Origin: Basidiobolus meristosporus CBS 931.73
Taxonomy: Eukaryota > Fungi > Basidiobolomycota
Direction: 5' to 3'
Assembly: GCA_002104905.1 (NCBI GenBank)
Contig: MCFE01000498.1
Location: 1-64,000 of the forward strand
DNA: 64,000 nt
The notes under the pieces are model-generated. The model saw nothing but the letters and a program-made list of their open reading frames with translations. It had not been told where the DNA came from and ran no database searches. Below, piece after piece: positions 36,877 to 50,181 of the stretch (its first letter is position 1; the number at the start of each line of letters is the position of its first letter). The translations under genes were made by a program, and so were the position numbers.

Positions 36877-39193
36877 TTACAGCTTTCTCTTTTTGATTTC
36901 GAACCTGTCCAACGCCGAGAACGATTTCGATTTGTCCAATCCCAAGCGTCTGTTCTCTCGGTCCTCCTTCTGTCGTTGGAGCTTCTCTTCCGCCTCCATC
37001 TAGATGCCAACACTCTGGGTTACTCACCAGGTCAAACAACGACACTGCCTCAGTGACACGATACCTTTTTGAAGTCAATGACGTTCTTTTGCTTCTTGCG
37101 GACGAATCGCTTAAGCGCAGAGTTTCTACCTCTTGCCTTCTTCTTGAGTTCTCCAGACTTGAGGGATTCCTGAACGAAACAAACCACGTTAGCGTGATGC
37201 TTCGAGGCACCCAATGAATGCGTGACCACGGTACCTCTTGCTGTTTCTTTCTCTCTTCATCCTCAACAACCTTGGAGAATCGGTTGACTCTGCCGATAAA
37301 GTCGGGATCAAGTGAAATCATCTCAGGTTGAATCTATAACGCATGGTGAGTAAAAGCGCACGACCAAGGCGATCAATCCGTTCCGGTACCTTATTAAGCA
37401 GCTTATGAACTTCGGTCTCTTGGCGTTGCTTGGTAGTTTCGAATGGATTGGCCTCCAAACTATCGAAGTTAGGCTCACCAGCACCTATTCGAGGAAGGTT
37501 AGTATGGATACTTCCGCCTTAAAACAGGCGTCCGATGCTTACCTGGAATAACGATGCTAGACACACCAGAGCTATGACCAAATCCAAGGACATCATCGAA
37601 TGGACAGAATTGCAGGTCATGCATGGTTGTCGATGGTAACAAATGGGTCATGTAGGGTGATTGCTGCTTGACCTTCAATGCATCTTTCCAGACAGATACA
37701 TGGGGTCCCCAGCCGACACCCAACAGGCCGAGTTGAGAAATCGAGAGAGACGATGCAGGTGTGGGTGTGTAGTATTGATGCAGGTCCTTGTATGTACGCA
37801 CATCCCAGATCTTCAGCTGGCCGTCAAGGCCGGATGTAGCCATGTAGCTAATGAAATCAATGAATCAGTACTGGCATTGATATGGTCCGCGTCTCGCTAT
37901 TACGTACTTTCCGCTGGAGTCAACTGCAATCGCCTGAACGGGGCCTTTGTGGCAAAGCATTTTGACTACGGGAGTGCTCATGTTTGGAGTCCACATGGTA
38001 ACGGTACCTAGATGAGCCAGAGTTTAGTTCCTATTCAGGGGGCAGGGCAGGGTTGGATTACTTACCGTTGGCATGACCGAGGTTCATCACGGCATTATGG
38101 GGATTTTGGGCTAGGGTGTTGCAACGGCCCAGACGGGTACGGTGCTCGACAACCAACTTACCGGTGGAGGTGTCGTGGTATCTTAGCACACCAGTGTTGC
38201 TCTATTCACGCAGGTTAGCGATTGATGCTGCGTCCAGGGGAGACAGCGAGTACATACCACAGTGACGAGTAGGAAGTGATATGGGAGGAAATCCAGCTTG
38301 TTGACGTCGACATGCTTCTTCATACTGTGAATTTCTAAGCCCGTTTGATCGTAGATGTATACGTATTTCTTCTGAGCAACCGCAAACATGGTTTCGTTGT
38401 GAAGCCACCTAAGTAGCAACGGTTAACGTCTATTTACGTGTGACCTAGAGATGGCCTGAAAGGAGCATACTTGACATCTCTGACGGTCTCTCCCAGGTGG
38501 ATCTCACATCCAAGCTTTCCGGCCTTCCAATCAAACGAAGCAACATGGCCCTTTTGACCACCAATTAGCATGTATCTAAACAAGCCTTGCGTCAGACCCT
38601 GTGGAAAGAAACAACCACAACAATGGCCACTTACTTGCCGTTGCTGGTGTAGTCCATAGAATAAGGGCCGAACTGATCCAGCTTTAGGTCGAAAATCTGC
38701 AAAACCGAGAATCAGATATGTGTGTATGCCTGCTTCTTTCAAGGAAGCTCACCTTGCGAGCACTGTTGACGTCGAGATTCTCGCCCAATTGCTTCTGAGT
38801 GAATTTGTAAGTTCTCTCCATTCCCTCGGCCTCCAAGAAACTAATTCATGCCAAAGCCGTTAATAAAGCGCCCAGCGAAGCGTGGTCTATGGCTCATACC
38901 CTGCAGATTCGGTGAGAAGTAATTCCGAGCTGGCAGCCTTGTACGCTGCGTCATAGTACTTCTTCTCCATTCTCTTGGTGGTTCCCTTCAACTTTTTATC
39001 TTTCACTCCCTATGAAAATGGAATTGCGTTGGTATCGGTGATACTGGGGGAGAATTAACGAAAAACCAACTTTCAAACTAGCCGGTTTGCCACGAGAATA
39101 CTTGCTCATCTTCTCGAGGTTGGGGTCTTTCTCTTCACTTGGAGCAGTCTTGGTGCTCTTGACTTTCGTCATTTGCGCTTGATCGTCCGACAT
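36877..39193 (-). CDS. UTP7: SSU processome WD-repeat protein (WDR46/BING4), multi-exon
   Basis: Contains [67 protein letters not shown] and a C-terminal SALDRF. Confidence 0.92.
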
Positions 39194-39640
39194 TTTCGAC
39201 AGTAACGTTAGGTGTTGGTGACTGAGAATGGGTTATAGTGACTGGACTAACGACAACTATCAACCTGTAAAAAAAACTTCAAGTACAATGGAATGCCTGC
39301 CTCTATCCATCATCGTGGAATCTTTTTTTTTATTTCTCAATTGCAGTTCGTGGTTTTTTTTCTTGTAGTTTGATTAAGAATTTTGTTTACCAGTCACGCT
39401 GACCCATATCACGGTTGATCGAGATTTTGAGCAAAAACAATTGCAACATGAGTGGGTGGATGTGGATTTGAATGTGGATGTGCCATATGAATTTGGGCGT
39501 GGATACGGATCAACATGGCTATGATTTCCTGAGCATATTGAGTATCAATATTTCCCACTAATTTTCTTGCTTTGTTGGTGGTTTTACTGCCAGTTTTTCT
39601 TGGTGTGTTTTCCTCATACTTCTCGTGAAGAATTCCTTCA

Positions 39641-41511
39641 ATGTTTGGGTCATCAAATACTTTTGGTACGTACGATTGCAACGGTCACGGACGCTGGCCT
39701 TTGACGTGTTGCTGATCAACAACTCTGTAACATCTTTTCTAAATCGCTGTTGATTGTATATAGGAAGCGCGTCATCCACCCCCGCTTTCGGCTCCACAAC
39801 TACTTCACAGCCTGCTGCAGGGGGCTTTTCCTTCGGAAACAATAATACGACGACCAACACAGGTACCACTGGTTTTGGATTTGGCAATACCAACACAGCA
39901 ACCTCAACCGCCACAAATACCGGTGGATTATTTGGTAGCTCAACTACACCAGCAGCTACCACGAATACCGGTGGATTGTTTGGTAGCTCAACCACGCCAG
40001 CAGCTACTGGGACCACCGGATTCGGCTTTGGCTCCACCGCAAACACTACCGCCAACACTGGCGGGGGCCTATTCGGAAACACTGCCAATAACGCCCAAAA
40101 ACCCGCTGGTGGTGGATTATTCGGAAGTACCAACACTGGCACCTCGTTGTTTGGCGCTAGCAACACCACAACCGCCAATACCGGTTCCGGTGGTTTGTTC
40201 GGCTCCAAGCCGGCCGGAACCACAGGGTTCGGCACTACCAGCACCGCCGGAGGTTTATTTGGATCCACTCAAAACACAGGAGCTTCTCTTTTTGGCAGTT
40301 CGAACACTGGTGGGATGTTTGGAAGCACTCAGCAGCCACAGCAGCAAAACCAACAATTGCAATCTTTCCTATGTGAGTAGAGAGGTTTTCAACGCACAAT
40401 GAGTTCCATCCATGTATAACTCTTGGTATTCCTTAGCTCTCCAGCGCCCAGTACCAACAACATGGGAGACTGTAGCCTTGATGAAGGAGTCGTGGGACCC
40501 ACAATCACCCATGTGTTTATTCAAGGTAAGCTAGCTGGATTCCCTACGGTCAATTGCTTTGGTAGCTCATCGTATCGTTGTAGCACTATTTCTACAACCT
40601 AGTCCATCCCAGTGAGGTTCATCTCTATCAGAGACCCGCTAATCAAGACGAAACCCTCTGGAACGAGGCCCAAAAAGCAAATCCAAACCCTAAATGGTAT
40701 GCTGTCACGAAGCATTGCTCCCCTTATCCTTCAGAATGCTCACCACTACAAAACCCCTCAGTATGGTTCCGGTTCTTGCGGTCGGATTCGACGACATCAA
40801 GAAGAGAACAGAGCAGCAGGAGATGCAAGCTCTGGCTCACAAAGCAAAGCTTGAGGTAGCTTCAATTCTGTCGACCTTTCTCCCCCACAAGTGCTTGGCT
40901 AACCTTGCGCGCGTTGCTAGGAAATCGCCGACAAAATCAAGAAGCTCCAGGAAAAGCACTCACTGGACACCTTGGTGAAGATGAAGGAGTACAAGCGTCG
41001 TCACATGGACCTGGCTCATCGAGTCCTTCAAGTGAGTTGGTTGCAGTCCTCTAGCCCAATATGAATCCGTTGTACTGACCACGGGTCCAGCTTATGAAGC
41101 AGGTGCAGGTTCTACGTAACAAGGGATACTCTATTAGACCAGAGGAAGAGGCCCTCAAAACTCGATTGGAGAATCTCCATTTGGAATTACGCAAACCCTC
41201 ACAATACAGATCTAGACTGCACGAGCTTTGGAGTCAAGTGCAGATGTTGAAGAATACGAGAAGAAGCAATTCCAAGGGCAATTGGGAATTCGAAGTCAGC
41301 GATGAAGAGCAACTGGCTAACATTGAAAAGGTATTGATTCCTTGCTGATAGGTACTGCTCTTCTTTGCGTATGCTAAGACGTATTCCTCAGGTTCTTGCC
41401 GAACAACAAGCTGGCCTGGCGCATGTAATGGAGGTTTTGCAAAAGGATCTGAAGGCCGTGACCATCATGTCACGTTCTTTGGCAGAAGGCAATAATTCGA
41501 ACTCTGCATAG
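39641..41511 (+). CDS. NUP57: FG/GLFG nucleoporin Nup57/Nup54, multi-exon
   Basis: GGLFG/GFGFG repeat exon, then LWNEAQKANPNPK.MVPVLAVGFDDIKKR and C-terminal coiled coils. Confidence 0.88.
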
Positions 41512-41745
41512 ACGCTTATCATCGCTTCGTTTATAAGGTTTTATTGAGCCAAACATTGGTGATAATCATGCTTGTATAAACATCTCTATAATAGCCCTTT
41601 CAATATAGCTTTCATTCATGGCAATAGAATCTTCAGTGATATCAGATTTAAATAAGCTTTCCAACAAAATGTTCAATAAAGTCCACAGCTGCCATGTATT
41701 TGGTTAGATTGATTTATTTACACAGAGCTAGTACGCCGCATAGAC

Positions 41746-43164
41746 TTAAACATCCCAATAGTCCATGAGACCAGGCTGATTTCCCTGCTGGTTAGCTTGC
41801 GGGGAGTAATGGGGATAATGGGCAACGGTCGGATTAAGAGAAAAATATTTAAATGGATACTCACCAAAGTTGACGCGAATCTGAACGTCTCCATCAGCGC
41901 CCAGTGTAGGAAACACCAGGTGCCACATCCCTTGTCGTGCCACCCCAAGGTTCACTCCATTCCGAGTAAAGAAGACGTCGCCGGTGGTGCGGTCGTATCC
42001 ACAGCCAACAACATCCCCAGCACCAAACGGACCAGAGTAGTCGCGTCCCCCGTACCCATCATCGACAAATCTCCGGCCATCGTCAGAATGATAGCCAACA
42101 CTGTGGGCGTTCCACCCTGGCAGTCTGAAGTGTGGGTAAGGTCTGGTTGCCAAGCCAATGGCAAAGACGGTGTCGGGGTCTGGCTTTGCCAGGATGGTCA
42201 CCTCGAAGTACGAGATCGAGGTGATACTCTCCACAGGACACTGCTCCGGATCCTGGCATATGGTGTCCAGCAGAAGTGCATTGTTTAGTGAGGCTGGAAG
42301 TGGAAGCTGAGTCTGAATGGACAGGTCATTGCCTCGAGAGTGGAAGTGGATGTTTGAGGTGTTGACCACTGATCCATTGTGGAAACGCATCGAAGCAGGA
42401 GTAGATATGTACTCATGGAGGAGTGGACTGATCAGCCAGTTACTCAATGCCAAATGCTTGTAATGTCCCAGGTAGTTGAGCTCTTCCAGGCTCGGTGGGC
42501 TGGTGGAAGGTGGAAAATCTCGACTAAACTTCAAGCCGGCCTCGAACTGCTCTTCAGTGGCATTGTTTGTAGAGTAATAGTAGTTGGGCGTTGTATCAGG
42601 AAGTATGTTAACATATACAGGTGGCGGCAGCAAAAGTACGTTATTACTCTTTTTGGACACCAAGTTAGGGTTGGTGTAGGAAGGATAACTTGGTTCTACT
42701 AGTAGTGGAGTTGACGAGAGCTGCTGGTACGTGCGATTTTTCTCGCTTCGGCGAAATCCACAACGACAAGATTTTAATATGGAGCTACCAAGTGCATAAA
42801 TGAGAACAAAAGGAACCAGAATAAGCGGTGGGGATGCATTGGTATTACCCGGATGACTTTCGTTTTTTCCTCCCCCGATTCGTTCTCCGCCACCATCACC
42901 ACCTCCGCCGGTGCGTTCGCCACCACCACCTCCGCCGGTGCGTTCGCCACCACCACCACCTCCGCCGATGCGTCCGCTACCACCGCCTCCTCCGCCGATG
43001 CGTCCGCTACCACCGCCTCCTCCGCCGATGCGTCCGCCACTACCACCACCGGTTCGTCCATCACCGTTACCGATTCCCCCGCCTCCTCCTTTCGAAAACG
43101 CCTTTTGCGTTAGTCCCAGGAGTAAAACCAAATAGAAACTTGACAGGAGAAATGAGAACTTCAT
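41746..43164 (-). CDS. SPRY-domain single-pass membrane protein, Ssh4/Ear1-like, copy 1 (intact)
   Basis: Signal peptide, Gly-rich ectodomain, TM segment, LPPPVY, and SPRY motifs (YFEVTIL, IGLATRPYPHFRLPGWNAHSVGYHSDDG, GDVVGCG, VFFTRNG). Confidence 0.85.
   Translation of the reverse strand: MKFSFLLSSFYLVLLLGLTQKAFSKGGGGGIGNGDGRTGGGSGGRIGGGGGGSGRIGGGGGGSGRIGGGGGGGERTGGGGGGERTGGGGDGGGERIGGGKNESHPGNTNASPPLILVPFVLIYALGSSILKSCRCGFRRSEKNRTYQQLSSTPLLVEPSYPSYTNPNLVSKKSNNVLLLPPPVYVNILPDTTPNYYYSTNNATEEQFEAGLKFSRDFPPSTSPPSLEELNYLGHYKHLALSNWLISPLLHEYISTPASMRFHNGSVVNTSNIHFHSRGNDLSIQTQLPLPASLNNALLLDTICQDPEQCPVESITSISYFEVTILAKPDPDTVFAIGLATRPYPHFRLPGWNAHSVGYHSDDGRRFVDDGYGGRDYSGPFGAGDVVGCGYDRTTGDVFFTRNGVNLGVARQGMWHLVFPTLGADGDVQIRVNFGEYPFKYFSLNPTVAHYPHYSPQANQQGNQPGLMDYWDV
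42888..43085. repeat. 24-30 bp GC-rich coding tandem repeats encoding GGGGG(S)GRI/GGGGERT
   Basis: Repeated ccaccaccacctccgccg(g/a)tgcgt units. Confidence 0.85.
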
Positions 43165-43681
43165 TAGCAGCCGGTCACACAATTCACCTGAGCATTTATA
43201 AGAGGCGAAACTGTTGCCCTGGATAAGCGATTATCCAGATTGCCAAGCGCTTACGGTTCCACCAACATGTGGGCAAACCCGATGGAATTTTCAGGCCAAT
43301 CCAAACAACCCTTTGTCCCACCCGCCGCAATCGCCGCACTTTCGTAAGGCCAGACAGGAAAATCACCATGATTGCAAAGAATGTGGGTTCGCACGAGTAC
43401 CTGCTATCCCCTACTAAATATCCTGACCACGTTGGCTTGCAAACAATACGCCTATTAAATATCACGGACTGACGTATCAGCAGCCTGCAAACCTTATGCT
43501 ACGCCGACCCGGAATCTTAATGCTCCAGATAGAAGTTCTCGTGGGTATGGAAGGGTACGATTGTCCACTCCATCGACCTGTAATATTGGTACTGAAGCCT
43601 CTTACAAGTGACGCTCGATTATAGAGAAAATCGCACGTGCCGTGGAATGCCGTCATGATGTGACCCCAGGACATTGAATAT

Positions 43682-44892
43682 TTATTGTGCAAATACAGCC
43701 CAAGAAATCAGAGTATATGTACATCGCTTGCAACCTCTATACCAGTTGAGGATTTCGGCTCTATTGAGTTGCATGCCATTGCTTGAATTGGTTGAGAGCA
43801 TATATTTAAACTGCGACTCACCGAAGTTGACATGAACTTGAGCGTCTCCATTAGCACCCAGTGTAGGAAACACCAGGTGCCACATCCCTTGTCGTGCCAC
43901 CCCAAGGTTCACTCCATTCCGAGTAAAGAAGACGTCGCCGGTGGTGCGGTCGTATCCACAGCCAACAACATCCCCAGCACCAAACGGACCAGAGTAATCA
44001 CGTCCCCCGTACCCATCATCGACAAATCTCCTGCCATCGTCAGAATGATAGCCAACACTGTGGACGTTCCACCCTGGCAGTCTGAAGTGTGGGTAAGGTC
44101 TGGTTGCCAAGCCAATGGCAAAGACGGTGTCGGGGTCTGGCTTTGCCAGGATGGTCACCTCGAAGTACGAGATCGAGGTGATACTCTCCACAGGACACTG
44201 CTCCGGATCCTGGCATATGGTGTCCAGCAGAAGTGCATTGTTTAGTGAGGCTGGAAGTGGAAGCTGAGTCTGAATGGACAGGTCATTGCCTCGAGAGTGG
44301 AAGTGGATGTTTGAGGTGTTGACCACTGATCCATTGTGGAAACACATCGAAGCAGGAGTAGATATGTACTCATGGAGGAGTGGACTGATCAGCCAGTTAC
44401 TCAATGCCAAATGCTTGTAATGCCCAGGTAGTTGAGTTCCTCCGGGCTTGGTGGGTTGGTGGAGAGGGGAAAGTCTCGACTAAACTTCAAGCCGGCCTCG
44501 AACTGCTCTTCAGTGGCGTTGTTTGTAGAGTAATGGTGGTTAGGCGACATGTCAGGGGGTACATCGACATATGCGGGGGGTGGTAGCGTGGGCGGCATGT
44601 CTATTGAGAGTGATTCATTCGGAGTATTGTCGATATAACGCGGGTTTAACGTAGAGGGTTGGCGGGTAGATGGATTTTGTCTTACCGTTCTACTCCTTTT
44701 GCAAAACCTCAGGAAGTAGCAGCAACTAACAGAAGCGAAAGCACATATCCCCACCATTATAAGGATCACGGCCCAGGGAGGTAATCCTCCAAAGGCTCCA
44801 CCACCACCTACTAGAATCGTTAAGCCATTCACATCTTGAACGAAGCCCAAGAAAGAAATGAAAGTAATAAGGGAAAAGCTACAGCTATACAT
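43682..44892 (-). pseudogene. SPRY/SSH4-like copy 2, split by a 1-nt deletion (163-aa TM product, SPRY out of frame)
   Basis: Reads ctacctgggcattac where copy 1 has ctacctgggacattac. The SPRY region is near-identical to copy 1. Confidence 0.75.
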
Positions 44893-45322
44893 TAGTATCT
44901 TGAACTGAGTTAGCGTTTACCTGGTACTTATAAATGCTAGTAGTTTGATCAATCCATTTATCAAAACTATTTGGACCTTTCCATCGATACACAAGAATGT
45001 CACAGGCAACCCTGGGTGAACAATTAACTGGTTTGCCAAGAGTTTATTGTTTCACCAAAAATCAATAATGCCCTTCTTTTCACTCAATAATTGTTAGCTA
45101 TACTTTTATCAAGGCCCACCCGGACCACGAGCATTTGGGTTTGTTAACATGGAGAAATAATAGAGAGTGCTGACATTCATGAAGAATGCTGCTAACCAAA
45201 TTTGGACAATCATGACTGCTATATTTTTATGATATATCTTAAATATGTAGCGCCAATTATAAACCAGGAATATTTATACAAGCAACTATTAGACGGTATT
45301 CCACTTGAGGACTTGAGCTATA

Positions 45323-46476
45323 CTAGGTTGTGTCGCTAGGATCGGGCGAGTACGAGTATTTAAAGGATGATCCGCCAAAGTTTACCCGAATTAGGACGTC
45401 TCCATCAGCGCCCAGTGTAGGAAACACCAGGTGCCACATCCCTTGTCGTGCCACCCCAAGGTTCACTCCATTCCGAGTAAAGAAGACGTCGCCGGTGGTG
45501 CGGTCGTATCCACAGCCAACAACATCCCCAGCACCAAACGGACCAGAGTAATCACGTCCCCCGTACCCATCATCGACAAATCTCCGGCCATCGTCAGAAT
45601 GATAGCCAACACTGTGGACGTTCCACCCTGGCAGTCTGAAGTGTGGGTAAGGTCTGGTTGCCAAGCCAATGGCAAAGACGGTGTCGGGGTCTGGCTTTGC
45701 CAGGATGGTCACCTCGAAGTACGAGATCGAGGTGATACTCTCCACAGGACACTGCTCCGGATCCTGGCATATGGTGTCCAGCAGAAGTGCATTGTTTAGT
45801 GAGGCTGGAAGTGGAAGCTGAGTCTGAATGGACAGGTCATTGCCTCGAGAGTGGAAGTGGATGTTTGAGGTGTTGACCACTGATCCATTGTGGAAACACA
45901 TCGAAGCAGGAGTAGATATGTACTCATGGAGGAGTGGACTGATCAGCCAGTTACTCAATGCCAAATGCTTGTAATGCCCAGGTAGTTGAGTTCCTCCGGG
46001 CTCGGTGGGTCGGGGGAAGGTGGAAAGTCTCGACTAAACTTCAAGCCGGCCTCGAACTGCTCTTCAGTGGCGTTGTTTGTAGAGTAATGGTGGTTAGGCG
46101 ACATGTCAGGGGGTACATTGATATATGCGGGGGGTGGTAGCGTGGGCGGCATGTCTATTGAGAGCGATTCATTCGGAGTATTGTCGATATAACGCGGGTT
46201 TAACGTAGAGGGTTGGCGGGTAGATGGATTTTGTCTTACCCTTCTACTCCTTTTGCAAAACCTCAGGAAGTAGCAACCACCAACAGAAATGAAAACAAAT
46301 ATCCCCATGATAATAGGAATCCCGACCCAGATAGGTAATCCTCCAAAAAATCCACCTCCACCTCTACCTCCACCGCCCCCGCCCCCTCCACCAGCACTGC
46401 CTCGACCCCCACCCCCTCCTTTGGCATATGCAAAAGAAATGAAAGCAATAAGGGAAAAAATACGGCTATACATTAG
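45323..46476 (-). pseudogene. SPRY/SSH4-like copy 3, carrying the same 1-nt deletion as copy 2
   Basis: Signal peptide, GGGGGRG ectodomain, TM and LPPPAY, with an identical frameshift (...LGITSIWH*). The SPRY ORF is 45323-45964. Confidence 0.75.
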
Positions 46477-46773
46477 TAGCTTGAACTGAGTTGACATTTA
46501 CCTGGTGTTTATAAGTGCTAATAGTTTGACCAAAATTGGGTGGACCTTTCCATTAATGCACATGGACGCCGATAGAATTGTGATAAGAATTACCTTGTGC
46601 TCAGGTTCAGCCACAATCGGGAAACTGTCGTACATTGGACGTCTTGTACACATGGTCTTTCAATTACTGTGGTTTCCATCACAAACGCTGCTTTCGCTAT
46701 TTCATAGCTCACATGGTAAAATGAAAACAAGCCACGGTTACTAGACTATTTGTTTATTGCAATAACTGCCTGT

Positions 46774-48117
46774 TTAGGTGTTAATAGGGTTAGCAAGAAC
46801 ACTAGTGATGAATACCTTGATCGAGGCAAAGGTCTGCTTTCCTACTGGAATGATGTTTTGGGGTGGGAGAACGAATCCTGGGTAATTCTGCTTGGGAGAG
46901 AGTTCCACGGTCAATGAGGTGCTTCTGAACTTTTGTTTCTTAAGCACCTCGTCGCTATAGAACCAATCTGCAGCATTTCCTGAAGCAATGTACAAGTCAC
47001 TAATCTGTTGAGGAACGTATTGCTCGTTGGGATTCACACTGCGAATAGCACTCTTCATATTTTTGGCTAATGCCGTGTATGGAGCTACGGTGGTTGGGTC
47101 GGTGTATGTCCAGCCGTAGGGCCACATGATCAGCTCACTGTAGGAGTGATAGTCAATGGCACCAACGATTCCTGTTTGTTGGAAGTAATAGTTCATCAAC
47201 GCCTTAACTTCTGGCTCACTTGCAGCCGACGGTCCCATATAGGTGTCGTCTCGGGGGTTGGTGGAAGATCCTCCTTTGTTCCAGTGGTCAGGCCAGTTTC
47301 TGTTCTACATTCAGAAGGTTACACGAATAATTCACGGGAGGAGTCTAACAATAATCTAGCTTACAGTATCTACTCCGTAGGATCCGTTACCGTTGTTACG
47401 ACGGTTCTTTCGCCACAAGCGATCATTGTTCCAGGTGTATTCGTAACCATCTGGGTTTGAGACGGGGATGATGATGATTTCGGCCTCATCCAGGATTTTC
47501 TTGACGCCAGAATCCGTAGCGTATCCTGAAGCTAGGCCATCAGCCACGAATTGCATGGTTGTGGTAGCGATCCATTCCCTAGCATGTTGAAGTCCTTGGA
47601 ACCAGAACTTTTTCTTCGCGACACCATTTTTGCTGGTTATTCTGACCACGGGGATGTCCTTGCCAAGAGTGGTCTTACCGATAGATGGAACCAAGGTCAC
47701 CAGGTCAGGGTATTTCTGCGAGAGATTCTTCAGCCACTGGACGATATCAGTGAATGTGTGGTAGTTCTGGAACCAGGTCGTATCATCCACTGCACGCTTG
47801 GCAAGAGTAGCCTGCTTCAATGTCTTGGTCTCTTGGTCGATACTCTCTTGTATGTTCTCAATAAGCACCTCAGGCTCGAACACAGATAGACTTTCCAAGG
47901 CTACAGGAGAAGCATGGATATGAAGAACATCCGATGATTGATGCCAAATGTCCAAGTTGTTCTTCTTGACAAAATCAAATGCTTCATCTGAACGCTTCAA
48001 TTGAACAAGCTTGTGATTATCATAGCGGACAGGACGAGCTAGAAACTCAGCAACTGGAGCGGCCAAGACACTTGATACAGACAAGAGAGCCAAGCAGAAA
48101 AGAGTAGAGCAGCGCAT
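46774..48117 (-). CDS. Secreted zinc carboxypeptidase, family M14A, with prodomain (2 exons)
   Basis: Signal peptide, then LQHAREW, WRKNRR, GVD|LNRNWPDHW, DYHSYSELIMWPYG and TVELSP. Confidence 0.93.
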
Positions 48118-48511
48118 GTTGATGGATACTGCACCCGTCTCTCTCGTATTTTATAGAGCGATTCATAGTGCAAGAACAGACAGATGGGAATCCAAAGTGA
48201 TCTATTGCCAAAAAGAATGACTCCTAATCCTACGTTGGTATAGCATCCTCGTCAATTTGATTGGCACTAAGCGGGATAGACTCTAGCAACAAGTGTGAGT
48301 GTGATACATAATTGAGCGATCCGCATTAGACTTTCTATAAATCATAAATATTTCCTGCCAGCACAGTAATAAATGGTTGATTGATTGATGATCAAGAACA
48401 AATCTAATTTCCCTAAAGATATAGTGCTTGCTTCCTCGCAAAGGACTGTTTATTGTTTAACAAGCCACCATGAACTCTCTCTCGATTCTTGGAACCTTCC
48501 GCCGTCTAGAC

Positions 48512-48818
48512 TTCTACCAAATATCTCTTCTGTTATTCCAGCCTCTACCTAATCTCTCTTCTGTTATTCCAGCCTCTACCTAATCTCTCTTCTGTTATTC
48601 CAGCCTCTACCTAATCTCTCTTCTGTTATTCCAGCCTCTACCTAATCTCTCTTCTGTTATTCCAGCCTCTACCTAATCTCTCTTCTGTTATTCCAGCCTC
48701 TACCTAATCTCTCTTCTGTTATTCCAGCCTCTACCTAATCTCTCTTCTGTTATTCCAGCCTCTACCTAATCTCTCTTCTGTTATTCCAGCCTCTACCTAA
48801 TCTCTCTTCTGTTATTCC
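48512..48818. repeat. 31-bp minisatellite, ~9.6 near-perfect copies
   Basis: Unit aatctctcttctgttattccagcctctacct starts at 48520, 48551 and so on to 48799. Confidence 0.97.
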
Positions 48819-50181
48819 ACCTAGTATTTGTAATCTATGGAAAACTAAACTAGCCTGCTCATCCTGCCTTAGGGCCCAACATCTCCACTTAAATGACAAC
48901 GGTCAGTGTTTATTTCCCCTGCAAAAGCAAGAAACTTTGGCAGTGATTACAAGGAATAGCTGCTGAATCTCCTCCATGCTCAGTCACCCATGGTTTTTGC
49001 ACTACTCCAACTTTTTGCCAAAGCTCAAGGCTATCTGAGAATCCTCATTTCCTGCTCTACGACAATATGTGGGAGGTATCCCCAATGAAACCGCCGAGAA
49101 GACCTACAAAACCAATGGGAATATATATCCAGAATTGCATGCGGTCCGGAATTCCAAAGCCTGAGTGGTCGGCAATGCTGTTCCGCTGAGCAATTTCACA
49201 ATCCTTTGTTTTGTTGGGTATGTATAGTGTGCTTTCAGGAGGCCGAAATAATTGGGTATTTAACTCATAGACTTTGACAGCCCTATTTATGGGAGATATT
49301 GACTAGTCTGTGAACTCCTCAATGATATTGCAGATAATATGCTAAGCTGTACAAGCTGTCACATGGGGATTTCATCTGCCTTCCTTGGATCTCTGCACCA
49401 CTTCTTGGCTATGGATCGGAGTTTTACACAGCTCATGGCGAACAAAAGTGTATGTTTGAATCATCGAATGTCTTGGAAAGATCAGGGTCTTTCGGAGCAT
49501 TTTTGAGAAACCTACTAGATTGTGCATTTGAGAGAGAACCCTACCAGATTGTGTAGATGAAATGATGGGAAATTGGTCATTTTGGCTAATGTCAGCAGCA
49601 TAATTTATGTGGTTAGTACAAGTGAAGTTCCATTGACTGACAGACACTTGTGATGCAATCAAGCATCTATACTCTATTATAAGAGGCTATTTGTTGAAGA
49701 AGCCAATAGGCTATATTCGTGTTGAGTTTTGTAGCACTCGAGTAATTCCGTGTGTGACTTTCGGCAATGAGGCATGTAAAATAAGGGAATATCTTGCATT
49801 TGGAAAAGCAAACCTGTAGTTGCAAATGCTACTCACTAGGCCTAACTACACAGTACTAGCTACAAACCTGTAAATGCCATGCTACCCACTGGACTTGAAT
49901 AGGATCTTCCTGTGGAACCCATCAATGACAAATGATACACAAGTATTTGAAGTCATGATAACTAATCTTCTCCCACAGCAATTGCGGATGGGATTCCAAA
50001 TGCGTGTGGGCCAGGCAGCGCGAACTGATGCGTACCTTTCATGATCGCAAACCAGTAAAGATACCATGTTCCACCACATACACTATATACTATCCGAGGT
50101 TAATTTGCTCGCTTTTGGTTGCTATGTGACCTCATTACTAAGTATAAATACCCAGAGTTACGACGAAGACCACCAGTAACC

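Noticed and set aside
41790-41870. Apparent intron (gtgagt…gctaaccag) at the end of SPRY copy 1
   Set aside because: It would remove NFGEYPFKY, which is conserved as coding sequence in the other two copies.
48512-48818. 31-bp repeats as a CRISPR array
   Set aside because: The units are directly adjacent with no spacers, the genome is eukaryotic, and no cas genes are present.
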